Shown piece by piece: positions 17,347 to 27,182 of a stretch of 42,932 nucleotides of DNA (its first letter is position 1; every line of letters begins with the position of its first letter). The position numbers and the translations under genes were made by a program. Source of the DNA: a virus (lineage: Duplodnaviria; Caudoviricetes); the IMG/VR virus record IMGVR_UViG_3300025018_000246, positions 1-42,932 of that record. One strand, written 5' to 3'. The notes beneath the pieces are model-generated. The model did no database searches. It was not told where the DNA came from and was given only the letters and a program-made list of their open reading frames with translations.

Positions 17347-17877
17347 ATGTCTAATATATTTGAAAAAAGAATCAAATCAATGTCTGCAAAAGAGATAATC
17401 TTAACTATGGTTGAGAGTCTTAGGAACCCAGTTACAGAAATTAATATGGATACTTATGGCCGTGCAGTCTTGAAACATACAGGTGAAATAGTATGTTATG
17501 GCTGTGCAGCAACTAATACAATACTAAAATTAATAGAGATAGAAAACCAAGCAGAGCTTATTAAGGAGCTTGAGTTAAGACCTATTGTAGAGAAGACTCT
17601 AACGACGCACATTAGTTTAAATATATATAAATATATATATACACGTGAAAACAATTCGAGAGAGTTATACCTTGTAAATTTAAATACGTTTAGAGATTTT
17701 GAGAGAGCCATTGACAGTCTAAGATATGGCAATATAGAGTATTATAATATAATAGCTAAAAATATAAAAATAGCTACTATAAAAATTCCAGATGAACTCC
17801 TCATGTTACCCGGTCTTAAAGATGATTATACAGAGGCAGATTTAATGGCTTATGTTGAACTCGCAGAAATGCAATAA
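17347..17877 (+). CDS. Hypothetical protein
   Basis: GAGG RBS; contains a CYGCAAT motif. Confidence 0.75.
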   Translation: MSNIFEKRIKSMSAKEIILTMVESLRNPVTEINMDTYGRAVLKHTGEIVCYGCAATNTILKLIEIENQAELIKELELRPIVEKTLTTHISLNIYKYIYTRENNSRELYLVNLNTFRDFERAIDSLRYGNIEYYNIIAKNIKIATIKIPDELLMLPGLKDDYTEADLMAYVELAEMQ

Positions 17878-17894
17878 ATAAAAGGAATACAACT

Positions 17895-18227
17895 ATGTAT
17901 ACTTCACAAGCTTGGAGAAATAAACCAATCCTAGGGACAGTTAAGTTTCGTGGGATTGAATGCAATGTAGTACAGGATAACTATGTAATAGATTTCTCGC
18001 CCTGTATAGTTCTAACAAATAAAGAAACTCACGAAAAGATAGTTACTGTAACTGTCTATATAAAATCTTTATATTTAGAATATCCATACGATCATGTAGC
18101 TATTAAAAATAGTTTTGAAACTGAAGGACTATTAGATTTACTTATTGAGGCAAACATTATATCTGAACCTGTAGACGAGTTTCATATAGGGTCTGTAACT
18201 ATTTATGTATGTAAGCTACATAAATAA
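17895..18227 (+). CDS. Hypothetical protein (DUF4313-like)
   Basis: Pattern TVTV...VAIKN..E.EGLLD.LIEA.II...G...VCKL. Confidence 0.55.
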   Translation: MYTSQAWRNKPILGTVKFRGIECNVVQDNYVIDFSPCIVLTNKETHEKIVTVTVYIKSLYLEYPYDHVAIKNSFETEGLLDLLIEANIISEPVDEFHIGSVTIYVCKLHK

Positions 18228-18250
18228 CTATATTAACTAATACAGCAATC

Positions 18251-18301
18251 AGAGAACTACTAAAGTCAGTTAGGTAATACTAGCTGACTTTGTTGGTTTC
18301 T
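18251..18301 (+). terminator. Long stem-loop (terminator or RNase III site)
   Basis: 12-bp stem AAAGTCAGTTAG/CTAGCTGACTTT, extendable imperfectly by about 10 bp. Confidence 0.5.
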
Positions 18302-18384
18302 ACTGTATATACTGTATATACTGTATGTATGCATAATCGAAACCACTATGAAATACAATTAACTATCTAAAAGGGAATACTATT

Positions 18385-18783
18385 ATGAATAGGGTAAAAG
18401 AGAATGTTAAAGTAGATAAAAGTTTAGGCGATCTTATTAATTTTAGGTTCAGCTTAGTTGAGCTATTAGAGACTGGGCTAGTTAAAATGTACAGACAACC
18501 TTTGGGAACTCCTGAGCAGATTAGGTTGCAAGAATATTATAAAGATAATGATAATAATAGATACCTAGGGGATCATTATCTTAGTCTTATAAAGGCTGAA
18601 AATATTATGTTTGATCTTGGCAAAGCAGGAGTAACTAAAGTTGGATCTTATTGTCCTGATTTATCATCTAATGATGGCACTGTTACTTTTACCTTAAGAG
18701 AGAATAGTATATCTTATCTCCATATAATGTCTTTTATTGACTATACTAGTATAGCTTATACTATAGAATTTTATTCTCTCTAA
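18385..18783 (+). CDS. Hypothetical protein
   Basis: AAGGGA RBS; 132 aa. Confidence 0.7.
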   Translation: MNRVKENVKVDKSLGDLINFRFSLVELLETGLVKMYRQPLGTPEQIRLQEYYKDNDNNRYLGDHYLSLIKAENIMFDLGKAGVTKVGSYCPDLSSNDGTVTFTLRENSISYLHIMSFIDYTSIAYTIEFYSL

Positions 18784-18806
18784 CCCACTGATACAGGTGA
18801 ACTAGT

Positions 18807-19271
18807 ATGAATTCAATATACAAAGCATTATTAGGTGCTAAAGAAAAAGGTATTAAGCACCCCAGAATTAAACTAACAGGGTATTCATTTACATTAGCTC
18901 CAGCTTCTGGATTTAATGCAGGTTGCGTATATGTTAAAAATGATACCACTAAAGCATACTGTGGTAAGATAGATAGTGAGGATAACTTTGAGCTACATTA
19001 TTCTATGGGTAAAGAACTCACAGAAGAAGAAAGGAACTCACTAAATACTTTTATATCTAACTGCATTAATGATCCTCTTGAATACGTCAGGATATATGGA
19101 TATAAAACTGGTAATTGTTCATGCTGTGGTAAGAAACTCAAGAACAAAGAATCTGTTAGATTAGGTATTGGCCCTATCTGTAGAGAAAAATATGGTTGGG
19201 GAAATATAGATATACCTGAAACGATAAATGAAACTAATGAAAACACTATACAACGGAGTTTAGACTTATGA
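18807..19271 (+). CDS. DUF6011-like zinc-binding protein
   Basis: GNCSCCGKKLKNKESVRLGIGPIC. Confidence 0.7.
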   Translation: MNSIYKALLGAKEKGIKHPRIKLTGYSFTLAPASGFNAGCVYVKNDTTKAYCGKIDSEDNFELHYSMGKELTEEERNSLNTFISNCINDPLEYVRIYGYKTGNCSCCGKKLKNKESVRLGIGPICREKYGWGNIDIPETINETNENTIQRSLDL

Positions 19272-19780
19272 GCAATCATCTTAGAAAACAGACTAAAGCT
19301 AGCAGGCATAAGTATCGACCCGTACTAACTGCCTCTCAGATTTCACATATCTTACATTTAGCTAAGAGTGAAATGCCTATAAGTGAGCTATCTTTTGAAG
19401 TGATAGCTAGCCTAGCACCATTTGAAGCTAAGATAAAAACTAAAGCAATTAAGCCAGCTTATGCTGAACCCGACCCAAATAAACCTAAATCCTTTAAAGG
19501 TAAGACTATTACTTTAGAAGATCTTGGCGGTACAAGTTCTACAGCTAATCAAAAGCATGAAGAAAATGAAGGTTTCCTAGCACAAGAAGATTTCCCTACT
19601 AAAGAAGCTTATTGGGAAGCCTGTTATAATAAATATAAAAAGAGTATAGCTTCTTGTAACATATATGAAATAGCTGCCGCTACAGAGCATATGTATCTTA
19701 ATGATCTTATGACCCCAGAACAATTAGCTAAGTTTGAAGAACAAAATATTCAAAACTATGATCCTATAGGTGATTTATAG
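19268..19780 (+). CDS. Hypothetical protein
   Basis: ATGA overlap with the upstream gene; GGAG RBS. Confidence 0.75.
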   Translation: MSNHLRKQTKASRHKYRPVLTASQISHILHLAKSEMPISELSFEVIASLAPFEAKIKTKAIKPAYAEPDPNKPKSFKGKTITLEDLGGTSSTANQKHEENEGFLAQEDFPTKEAYWEACYNKYKKSIASCNIYEIAAATEHMYLNDLMTPEQLAKFEEQNIQNYDPIGDL

Positions 19781-19781
19781 T

Positions 19782-20849
19782 ATGGCTAGAGTTACTTGTG
19801 CAATTAGCGGAATAAGATTAGAGATTAGCGGCTTTAGCTCTTTATCTCTACCTCACACTGTAGGATATTACCATCCTATATTCACACTACCTGAGAAGAA
19901 GTTATATCAATATTACATTGATCATTGTCATGGTAGGTTACAGTCAGTAGATAGCTATTTGTTATTTCTAGCTCTACTTAATTCTAGTGGTAAGATAACA
20001 TGGGAACACCCTAGCGTATGTGATCCTAATGAATCTAGAACTAAGATGCTAGTACAAAATAATATAGCGCAGCTAGTTAGGATACTAGAGAAAACTTCTG
20101 TTATTAAACACCCTATGTTTAAACAGCCTAGTTTTAGACTCACCTATGATAACTCCCATCTTGATCAGATACCCAATTGGATTAAAGCATGGGAAAATAA
20201 TCTAACAGAGTTCAATAACAATAGGGCTTCAATAAGAATAAGACAGACTATAGCAGAGATAGAACGTAAGCTATCTGAAGTAGTTATCTATGGAGAAGAT
20301 CCTGAAAAGTATGCTCACTTAGTAGCAGAGTGGGCTTGTCAAGCTAGTGACTTCCCTCCTGATAAGAAAGATTTATGGAAGGCTACTATAAGATCTTGTT
20401 ATAACTCAATGAAGATGTTAAATACAGACTCTGAGTTATTGCTAGAGATTAAAGACTACTGTGAGTGTAATTTAGAGGCTGGTTCACTATATTTTCATAC
20501 CTTATGTAATACTCTTAGGGAAGGGTTAAGTAGGAAAACCAACCATTTGGGTGGCGGATTTTCTACTACTGATTTTGAGCTAGCTCCAAAACTAGGCAGT
20601 AAGGAAAGTATTGAAGCTTGGAAACGCGAACAGTTAGCTAATGAGCAGCTACTTAATTTAGCTATGAACGCTGATGCAGAAGAACCAAAAGAGCATAGTT
20701 ACCCAAATAAACTTACTTTCTTAAAGGCTAAACTTGCTTATAGAGTAGCAAAAAATATAGCTAAAAAAGAAGCTGTAGAAGCAAGAGCTAAGATAGCCAG
20801 GGAAAAGATAGAATCTATGAGAAGTAATAAACCGGAGGATAATTTATGA
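19782..20849 (+). CDS. Hypothetical protein (355 aa)
   Basis: Long ORF coupled to the helicase gene; no family recognised. Confidence 0.8.
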   Translation: MARVTCAISGIRLEISGFSSLSLPHTVGYYHPIFTLPEKKLYQYYIDHCHGRLQSVDSYLLFLALLNSSGKITWEHPSVCDPNESRTKMLVQNNIAQLVRILEKTSVIKHPMFKQPSFRLTYDNSHLDQIPNWIKAWENNLTEFNNNRASIRIRQTIAEIERKLSEVVIYGEDPEKYAHLVAEWACQASDFPPDKKDLWKATIRSCYNSMKMLNTDSELLLEIKDYCECNLEAGSLYFHTLCNTLREGLSRKTNHLGGGFSTTDFELAPKLGSKESIEAWKREQLANEQLLNLAMNADAEEPKEHSYPNKLTFLKAKLAYRVAKNIAKKEAVEARAKIAREKIESMRSNKPEDNL

Positions 20850-22630
20850 ACACTAAAGTCAATAAGCCAGATTTAGCTGCTGCACTAGCCAGAATAAAAG
20901 CAGCTAAAGCAGCTAAGATAACTAAAGAGCCAGAAGTAACAGATACTCCTGAGACTATTAATACTATGTCTATGGCAGAAAGGATAGCTTTATTAAAAAA
21001 GAAAAAAGAAACTAATCCTATAATCTCTACTGAAACTGTTGCCGATAAGGTAGCAGAAGTAATAACAGAAACTGGGCATACTAATACTACTGGTATGCAT
21101 GGGGAAGTTATTACTTACAATAAAGAGCAACAAGAGTTTATAAACCTAGCTGGAGCCGGTAAATCTTGTGTATTAATTGGTGCGGCTGGTACTGGTAAAA
21201 CTACTTGTAGTCAAGGCGGCATTAGAGCATTAATACAGTCAGGCAGAGTACCTGTATTACAAGCTGATGGACATGCACATTTAAAAGATGGTAGTCCGGG
21301 AATACTTATCATATCTTATACTAGAAGGGCAGTTAATAATATAAGAAAAGTACAGTCTGATGATATGAAAGCTAACTGTATCACAGCACATAAATTACTT
21401 GAATATGCCCCTGAGTATTTTGATATAGTTGATCCAGAAACTCAAGAAACTAAGAAGTCAATGCGCTTTATACCACAGCGTAATGAATATAACTTATTGC
21501 CTAACTCTATACATACAGTAGTAGTTGAAGAAGCTAGTATGTTATCTGGTACACCTAAAAAAGAAGGTGAAGAGCTATATAATAGAATAGTAAGTGCTTT
21601 AGGTCATGAGGTGCAATGGATATTTATAGGTGACATACAGCAGTTGCCCCCAGTATTCGGCCCGGCTATTCTAGGGTTTAAGATGAATGAGTTACCAGTT
21701 ATAGAATTAACTCATGTATATAGACAAGCTCTTGAGTCACCTATTATAAGATTAGCTCATAGAATATTGTCAGGTAATCCTATCCCTGCTAAAGAATTTC
21801 CAGAGTGGAAGGTACCAGATAAGCTAACTATACATCCTTGGAAAAAGAAACTACATGAAGATGTAGCTACTTTAACTCTTGCTGCCTTCTTCACAAAAGC
21901 AATAGAGAATAAAGTCTATGATCCAGATGAGGATATGATACTCATACCTTTTAATAAGGGCTGTGGAACTATCGAAGTTAATAAACACATAGCTAATTAC
22001 TTAGCCAGAGCAAGAGGAGTAATAACTTACGAGATAATAGCTGGTTTTAATAAGCACTATTTCTCTACTGGAGATAAGGTACTCTATGATAAAGAAGATG
22101 CTGAGATAGTAGATATATGTATTAACTCAGCATATACAGGGGCTAATTTCCAACCCTGCTCTGAAACCTTAGATTATTGGGGACACAATCCCAATCAAGC
22201 AGAAGATTCTAATTCTGGCAGTAACTATGAAACTGACGATATAGACTTTTTACTAGATCAAGTAGCTGCTAGTGAAGATAGAGTAGCACAAGCTAGCCAT
22301 AAAATAGTAATAAGACTATTAGATACTCAACAAGAGGTTAGTCTTACTAAGGCCAGTGAGATAAATTCTTTACTTCACTCTTATGCACTAACTGTACATA
22401 AAGCGCAAGGTAGCGAATGGCGTAAGGTATTCTTTATACTACACCAATCTCATGCAACTATGTTACAAAGAGAGCTGCTATATACTGGAGTAACTAGAGC
22501 TAGAGAGGAGCTATATATTATATGCGAACCCGAGTCTCTTGTTAAGGGCATCAAATCACAAAAGATAAAAGGCAATACACTAGCTGAAAAAGCTGAGTTC
22601 TTTAAGGGTAAACAAAAGGAGTATAAGTAA
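20846..22630 (+). CDS. SF1B RecD/Dda-like DNA helicase
   Basis: Motifs GAAGTGKT, VVEEASM, IGDIQQLPPV, YRQA, YALTVHKAQGSE and LLYTGVTRA. Confidence 0.95.
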   Translation: MNTKVNKPDLAAALARIKAAKAAKITKEPEVTDTPETINTMSMAERIALLKKKKETNPIISTETVADKVAEVITETGHTNTTGMHGEVITYNKEQQEFINLAGAGKSCVLIGAAGTGKTTCSQGGIRALIQSGRVPVLQADGHAHLKDGSPGILIISYTRRAVNNIRKVQSDDMKANCITAHKLLEYAPEYFDIVDPETQETKKSMRFIPQRNEYNLLPNSIHTVVVEEASMLSGTPKKEGEELYNRIVSALGHEVQWIFIGDIQQLPPVFGPAILGFKMNELPVIELTHVYRQALESPIIRLAHRILSGNPIPAKEFPEWKVPDKLTIHPWKKKLHEDVATLTLAAFFTKAIENKVYDPDEDMILIPFNKGCGTIEVNKHIANYLARARGVITYEIIAGFNKHYFSTGDKVLYDKEDAEIVDICINSAYTGANFQPCSETLDYWGHNPNQAEDSNSGSNYETDDIDFLLDQVAASEDRVAQASHKIVIRLLDTQQEVSLTKASEINSLLHSYALTVHKAQGSEWRKVFFILHQSHATMLQRELLYTGVTRAREELYIICEPESLVKGIKSQKIKGNTLAEKAEFFKGKQKEYK

Positions 22631-22896
22631 TGACTACTAACATTAAATCTAAATATAAACCAAGATCTGAGTTACAAAAACTACAATCAGAGTATAATTG
22701 GCTAGTATACTTTAGCTGTCCTCTTTTGTCGGTTTATAAGCTTCAAAGCATGAACCCTAGTCAGTATACTTTAATGCTGCATAATAAGAGGGAACAGCTA
22801 ACAAAAGAACTTAAAGAATCTATTAAACGAGATTATAATAGAGAGCGTGAGCGTATAAAAAATAAGATTAAAAAAGGAGTTGACGGGTTCCGATAA
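22630..22896 (+). CDS. Hypothetical protein
   Basis: TAATG coupling; AAGGAG RBS. Confidence 0.65.
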   Translation: MTTNIKSKYKPRSELQKLQSEYNWLVYFSCPLLSVYKLQSMNPSQYTLMLHNKREQLTKELKESIKRDYNRERERIKNKIKKGVDGFR

Positions 22897-22907
22897 TCCT
22901 GTATGAT
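22880..22907 (+). promoter_or_regulatory. Putative sigma70 promoter
   Basis: TTGACG-N16-TATGAT upstream of gene 22981. Confidence 0.5.
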
Positions 22908-22980
22908 TACAAATCCTATCGGATTGTTTCCGTCGGATTGTTTTAAAACAATTGCAATTTAAACTTAAGGAATTAATACA

Positions 22981-23736
22981 ATGAATGACCAAAATGAGCT
23001 ACAAGCACAAGCAGAAGAAGTTAACTCTCAAACAGAGGGAACTGATAACGACGTTAAAACCAAAGTTATTGAAGTTCAAAACCCTACTGCCGAAGAGATG
23101 CAAAATCTTCTAAAAGATGTAAAGGTTAACTATGACTTCGAGGTAGATGTTAAGCCTATGAAGTTTAAGTTTAAAAAGTCTGTGGATAAGGATACTGGTA
23201 TTGAGACTGTACGCAAACCAGTTGAGTTAGCTATCCCAGTCCCTTCTATGGAAGGTCTTGTTAACATTCTGGAACGTGGCGGAAAAGGTTTGGAACTTCT
23301 TATGGAAGTTATCGAGACTACTATTAAAAATAGTGCTCGTGATCTTCTTAATGAAGATGAATCTCTTAACGCTTCTACCTTCCCTGTAGAGAAACTTTCT
23401 TGGGAATATGTTGCTAACTTGCCTAAAGCACAACGTCGTGGTGGCGGTATTGCTAAAGAAACTTGGACTGAGTTTGCTCAGGATTATGTCGAAGTTATGC
23501 CTGCTGTTACTGGTAAGTCTCTTGAGCAAGTTACTAATGCTTCTAAGATTCTTATGGCTAAACTGCAACAAGTTCGTACTAATGAGCCAGTACTGCAACT
23601 GCTTGTTGAACAGCTTGCATTGTATGCTGAGCACTCCCCTAACATTGAAGATTATCAAGAGTGTGTAGACTTCCTGCTCACTAAAGCTAATACTTTCCTC
23701 AATGTGTCTGAAGAAGAGTTGCTTGCTAACCTGTAA
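22981..23736 (+). CDS. Hypothetical, probably highly expressed protein (251 aa)
   Basis: TAAGGA RBS; CGT/GGT/AAC codon bias; own promoter and terminator. Confidence 0.85.
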   Translation: MNDQNELQAQAEEVNSQTEGTDNDVKTKVIEVQNPTAEEMQNLLKDVKVNYDFEVDVKPMKFKFKKSVDKDTGIETVRKPVELAIPVPSMEGLVNILERGGKGLELLMEVIETTIKNSARDLLNEDESLNASTFPVEKLSWEYVANLPKAQRRGGGIAKETWTEFAQDYVEVMPAVTGKSLEQVTNASKILMAKLQQVRTNEPVLQLLVEQLALYAEHSPNIEDYQECVDFLLTKANTFLNVSEEELLANL

Positions 23737-23774
23737 GTAAAACTTCTTATTTGATATAATATCCTGTCCCCTTT

Positions 23775-23820
23775 CCCTCGATATAGTATATTGTCCTGTT
23801 ACTATATCGAGGGCTTTTTT
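23775..23820 (+). terminator. Intrinsic terminator
   Basis: 14-bp perfect stem CCCTCGATATAGTA/TACTATATCGAGGG followed by CTTTTTT. Confidence 0.85.
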
Positions 23821-23892
23821 AAGAACATTATTAACTTACTAGTGTGCTTAAAAAAGATACTTTCCTTTTTACTAAGTGTAATTATATATCTA

Positions 23893-24141
23893 ATGAGAAA
23901 ATACCAGCCAGTCTGGGAAGCTATTAAAAGAGATGGAATAGCCATACTCAGAGTAGCCCAAGGCAAAGAAGATAGAATTATAAAAGCTGTTAGAAAAGAA
24001 AAGACATTAGATAATGTCTGGAAACTTACTAACTCTGAGAAAGGCATAAGGTATAAACTAAAAGAAACTATAGACTCTGGCTTTATTACATTTGAATTAG
24101 AGCAAGATAAAAGTAGTTATGTATCTGATATGAAATTTTAG
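23893..24141 (+). CDS. Hypothetical protein (82 aa)
   Basis: ATG 23893 (MRKYQPVWEAIK); the track's upstream extension overlaps the terminator. Confidence 0.65.
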   Translation: MRKYQPVWEAIKRDGIAILRVAQGKEDRIIKAVRKEKTLDNVWKLTNSEKGIRYKLKETIDSGFITFELEQDKSSYVSDMKF

Positions 24142-24152
24142 GGAGACTGTTT

Positions 24153-24419
24153 ATGACAGATCAAGCATTTGAAGTAAGAGAAAAGTTAGCAAAATTAGAG
24201 GGCATGTTACTTAAAGCTACCCCAGAAATGCCAGTACTCTTACGAGAGATACATAGAAATCTAAAACAAGATCCCGACGTAGTTACTTTACTTAGTGATC
24301 CTGAAAAACATATTCTTGTAGCAGCTCTCAAGAAACAGACTAACACTGATATAGCTACCAAAGCTGTTAAGAAAAATCCTAAAAAAGCTATGTCTAAAAT
24401 GACTGTGGAGGATCTATAA
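24153..24419 (+). CDS. Hypothetical protein
   Basis: GGGAG RBS; 88 aa. Confidence 0.75.
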   Translation: MTDQAFEVREKLAKLEGMLLKATPEMPVLLREIHRNLKQDPDVVTLLSDPEKHILVAALKKQTNTDIATKAVKKNPKKAMSKMTVEDL

Positions 24420-24808
24420 TGCCCACGTCTTTGGCTTCTAGGCTTAAAGTTCTAGTTGATAAAAATAATAAAAGCTCTAAATCTAACTGCTATAATACAA
24501 CTTCTATAGCTACATTTTTAGATATATATGAGTCCACTGATAATCTTTGCAGATTAGGTTATATGCAAGGTGCTAGGGATTTATTCAGTTGGTTAAGACC
24601 TTTTGAGCTTGATGTGCATAAGCATCCTGAGATTTTAGATATATCTATTACAGTCCCTAAGTTATTTATAAGCTATGAGCTTGTAGAGCTTGCTAAAATA
24701 ATGTCTAAAGATCTGATAGAAAATCCTGCATATAAATCAGATCAATTAGAGGCTGTTAACATCTGCATGAAAGCACTTTACTATGCCATTCTTGATAGAC
24801 AAAAATAG
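24419..24808 (+). CDS. Hypothetical protein
   Basis: TAATG coupling; GGAGG RBS. Confidence 0.7.
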   Translation: MPTSLASRLKVLVDKNNKSSKSNCYNTTSIATFLDIYESTDNLCRLGYMQGARDLFSWLRPFELDVHKHPEILDISITVPKLFISYELVELAKIMSKDLIENPAYKSDQLEAVNICMKALYYAILDRQK

Positions 24809-24818
24809 GTAACAGCTA

Positions 24819-25892
24819 ATGTCTTCCCACAATATCACCCCAGAGCTAGATGAAATCTTAGATGAAATAACAGACGAGTATTCTGACTTAGACCCTATTA
24901 ATAATATAGAGGGAGTAGAGGATGCTATCATACCAATAGTTCAGCTAGAAGAAGGTGAGATAGATCCAAGGCTTAAACTACTATCTCATTCATCTAGGAC
25001 TCTACTGCATAAGTGCCCCCGTAAGTACCAGCTATACAGGAAATCAGCTAAGAAAGTTACTATGGCTGATGAAAAAGAGATGGAGCAAGGATTAACTTTT
25101 GCCTATGGTACAGTAGTAGGTATGGGCTTACAGTTTTGTCTCGAAGGTATACCAGAAGATGATGCTATATTAGAAGTATTCTTAGCTTGGGATGCTGATT
25201 TACTAGACGAGAACCCTAAGCAGCATAAATCTTTTTGGTTAGCTATCTTTGCTATTCAGAGATTCTATAATATGAGAGAAGCTGGATTTCTTTCTGATTA
25301 CGAACTAGTAACTTATGAAGGCAAGTCAGCCGTAGAGTTGTCTTTTCAGATATTACTTCCTAATGGCTTTCGTTATCGTGGCTTTGTTGATGCTGTATTG
25401 CAACATAAAGAAACTAAAGCAGTGCTTGTAGTAGAAGCTAAAACATCTTCTGGAACTGCTCAACCAGCTATGTATAAAAATTCAGGTCAAGCATTAGGTT
25501 ACTCAGTCGTGCTAGATAAACTATTTCCAAAACTCTCTGCTTACTCTGTGCTCTATTTAGTATATGAAACTAAGAGCTACGAGTATAAGGAGCTTCCTTT
25601 TGGTAAGTCTTTATTACAGAGGGCTTTATGGTTACAAGAACTATTAATTGATTGTCAATTGGTGGAACTCTATGAATCGTATCATACTTATCCTATGCAT
25701 GGTGAGTCTTGTTTTGACTTTTTTCGTGATTGTGAATATCTTGGAATATGCACTATGTCAACTAGTAGCCTTACTAAGCCACTTACTACTAGTGTGTTAG
25801 ATAGCATAGAAAAAGAATCGGATAGCTATCAATTTGTTGTGGACTTTTTTGATCTTGTTGAGCAACAAGTTACTAAGGGGGAAGAACTGTGA
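24819..25892 (+). CDS. PD-(D/E)xK exonuclease (Cas4/RecB-like)
   Basis: LSHSS...CPRKY, GFVDAVL...VVEAKT, Q..GY, and C-terminal C.....C.Y..IC. Confidence 0.85.
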   Translation: MSSHNITPELDEILDEITDEYSDLDPINNIEGVEDAIIPIVQLEEGEIDPRLKLLSHSSRTLLHKCPRKYQLYRKSAKKVTMADEKEMEQGLTFAYGTVVGMGLQFCLEGIPEDDAILEVFLAWDADLLDENPKQHKSFWLAIFAIQRFYNMREAGFLSDYELVTYEGKSAVELSFQILLPNGFRYRGFVDAVLQHKETKAVLVVEAKTSSGTAQPAMYKNSGQALGYSVVLDKLFPKLSAYSVLYLVYETKSYEYKELPFGKSLLQRALWLQELLIDCQLVELYESYHTYPMHGESCFDFFRDCEYLGICTMSTSSLTKPLTTSVLDSIEKESDSYQFVVDFFDLVEQQVTKGEEL

Positions 25893-26086
25893 GCAGAGAG
25901 ACTAGAACTGATTGGCTAGAAGAGCTATCTCTTGATTATATATTTACCTTTGGTAAGCATAGAGGAGAAATGTTAGAAGATGTAATAGAAGATGATCCAT
26001 ACTATATGAAATGGATAGCAGAAGAAGATATTAGACTTCTCGATGAAGAAGTAATGCAGAAGCTAGAGAAGAAAGGTATAATATAA
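25889..26086 (+). CDS. Small FGKHRG-motif protein (DUF3820 / ExoX C-terminal-like)
   Basis: FTFGKHRGEMLEDVIEDDPYYMKW. Confidence 0.7.
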   Translation: MSRETRTDWLEELSLDYIFTFGKHRGEMLEDVIEDDPYYMKWIAEEDIRLLDEEVMQKLEKKGII

Positions 26087-26175
26087 TGAATGATCTTTTT
26101 AATTATATTTGGAATTGGTTAATCATTGGATTTATTATATATTTTACTATAAGGGTTTTATCATGCGTAAGCTAA
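26086..26175 (+). CDS. Small membrane peptide (29 aa, not in track)
   Basis: MNDLFNYIWNWLIIGFIIYFTIRVLSCVS; TAATG-coupled and fills the gap exactly. Confidence 0.5.
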   Translation: MNDLFNYIWNWLIIGFIIYFTIRVLSCVS

Positions 26176-27146
26176 GCGAAAAGAAAGCTAGCAGTACACA
26201 TAGAGTTATAGTATTCGGCGGCCCGAAAACAGGGAAATCTTTAATAGCTGGGATGCTAGCAGAATTCTATAACATAATATGGGTAGATTTAGAGAATGGA
26301 CACGAGGTTCTATTTCAATTACCAGAGGAATGGCAAGAAAGAATTACTCTCATAGATCTTAAAGATACCAGAGACTTTCCTATTGCTAGTGAGACTTGTC
26401 TTAAAATGGTAAAGAAAGCAGTTTCTATCTGTGATGAGCATGGTAAAGTTGGGTGTATGATCTGCTCTAAAAAAGAAAAAGAATCTGAAGAAGAAAATGC
26501 TCATGAGTTGTTTTTTACTGATGTTGATCTACCTAATTTAGACAATAACTCGCTAGTAGTATTTGATTCTTTAACTCAGCTAACTAATAGTTGCATAGCT
26601 CATATCACTAAAAATATGCCTGATGACTATAAGTTAGACTTTGATGACTGGGGAAATCTTGGAAAGCTATTGGATATATTTTTATCTCATATCCAACAAG
26701 CTAAATATAATGTTGTAGTTATATCTCATGAAACAGAAGCTCAAACTGAAGGTAAGAAAAGAACACTTGTGCCAGTTGGAGGTACTAGAAACTTCTCTCG
26801 TAATGTAGCTAAATATTTTGATCATGTAGTATATGCTGAGCGCAAGAATAATAAGCATGTATTTTCTTGTGCATCTACAGGCTCTACTACTATTCTTACT
26901 GGATCTAGGACTGGAGCTAGAGTAGAAGATTATGATGGAGAAGATGCTTCTTTACTTCCTATCTTTAAGCCAGAGTTATATCCTAAGCCCATGACTATAG
27001 TTCGTGCTCATGTGGATAAATATGGCAAACCTATAGCTGTTGCGCCAAAGAATAGATCTACTACTAAACAAACTACAACTGAGATTAAAGGAGGTGATAA
27101 GGCTAATGATGTTCTGGCCAGACTAAAGAAAAATATAGGTAAATAA
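26163..27146 (+). CDS. AAA_24/Sak4-like ATPase (single-strand annealing recombinase)
   Basis: Motifs GGPKTGKS, VDLENG, VVFDSLT, VISHE and YFDHV; lies between exonuclease and SSB-like genes. Confidence 0.8.
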   Translation: MRKLSEKKASSTHRVIVFGGPKTGKSLIAGMLAEFYNIIWVDLENGHEVLFQLPEEWQERITLIDLKDTRDFPIASETCLKMVKKAVSICDEHGKVGCMICSKKEKESEEENAHELFFTDVDLPNLDNNSLVVFDSLTQLTNSCIAHITKNMPDDYKLDFDDWGNLGKLLDIFLSHIQQAKYNVVVISHETEAQTEGKKRTLVPVGGTRNFSRNVAKYFDHVVYAERKNNKHVFSCASTGSTTILTGSRTGARVEDYDGEDASLLPIFKPELYPKPMTIVRAHVDKYGKPIAVAPKNRSTTKQTTTEIKGGDKANDVLARLKKNIGK

Positions 27147-27169
27147 TTCAATTCAATTCAATTCAATTT
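27145..27169 (+). repeat. (AATTC)4-AATTT tandem repeat in the leader of the SSB-like gene
   Basis: Seen directly upstream of the AGGA RBS. Confidence 0.9.
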
Positions 27170-27182
27170 AGGAATTATATTT

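Noticed and set aside
18301-18336. Canonical LexA SOS box
   Set aside because: No CTG-N10-CAG; only half-sites.
24819-25892. CRISPR-associated Cas4 or CRISPR array
   Set aside because: No repeat-spacer array or other cas genes. The context is an exonuclease-Sak4-SSB recombination module.
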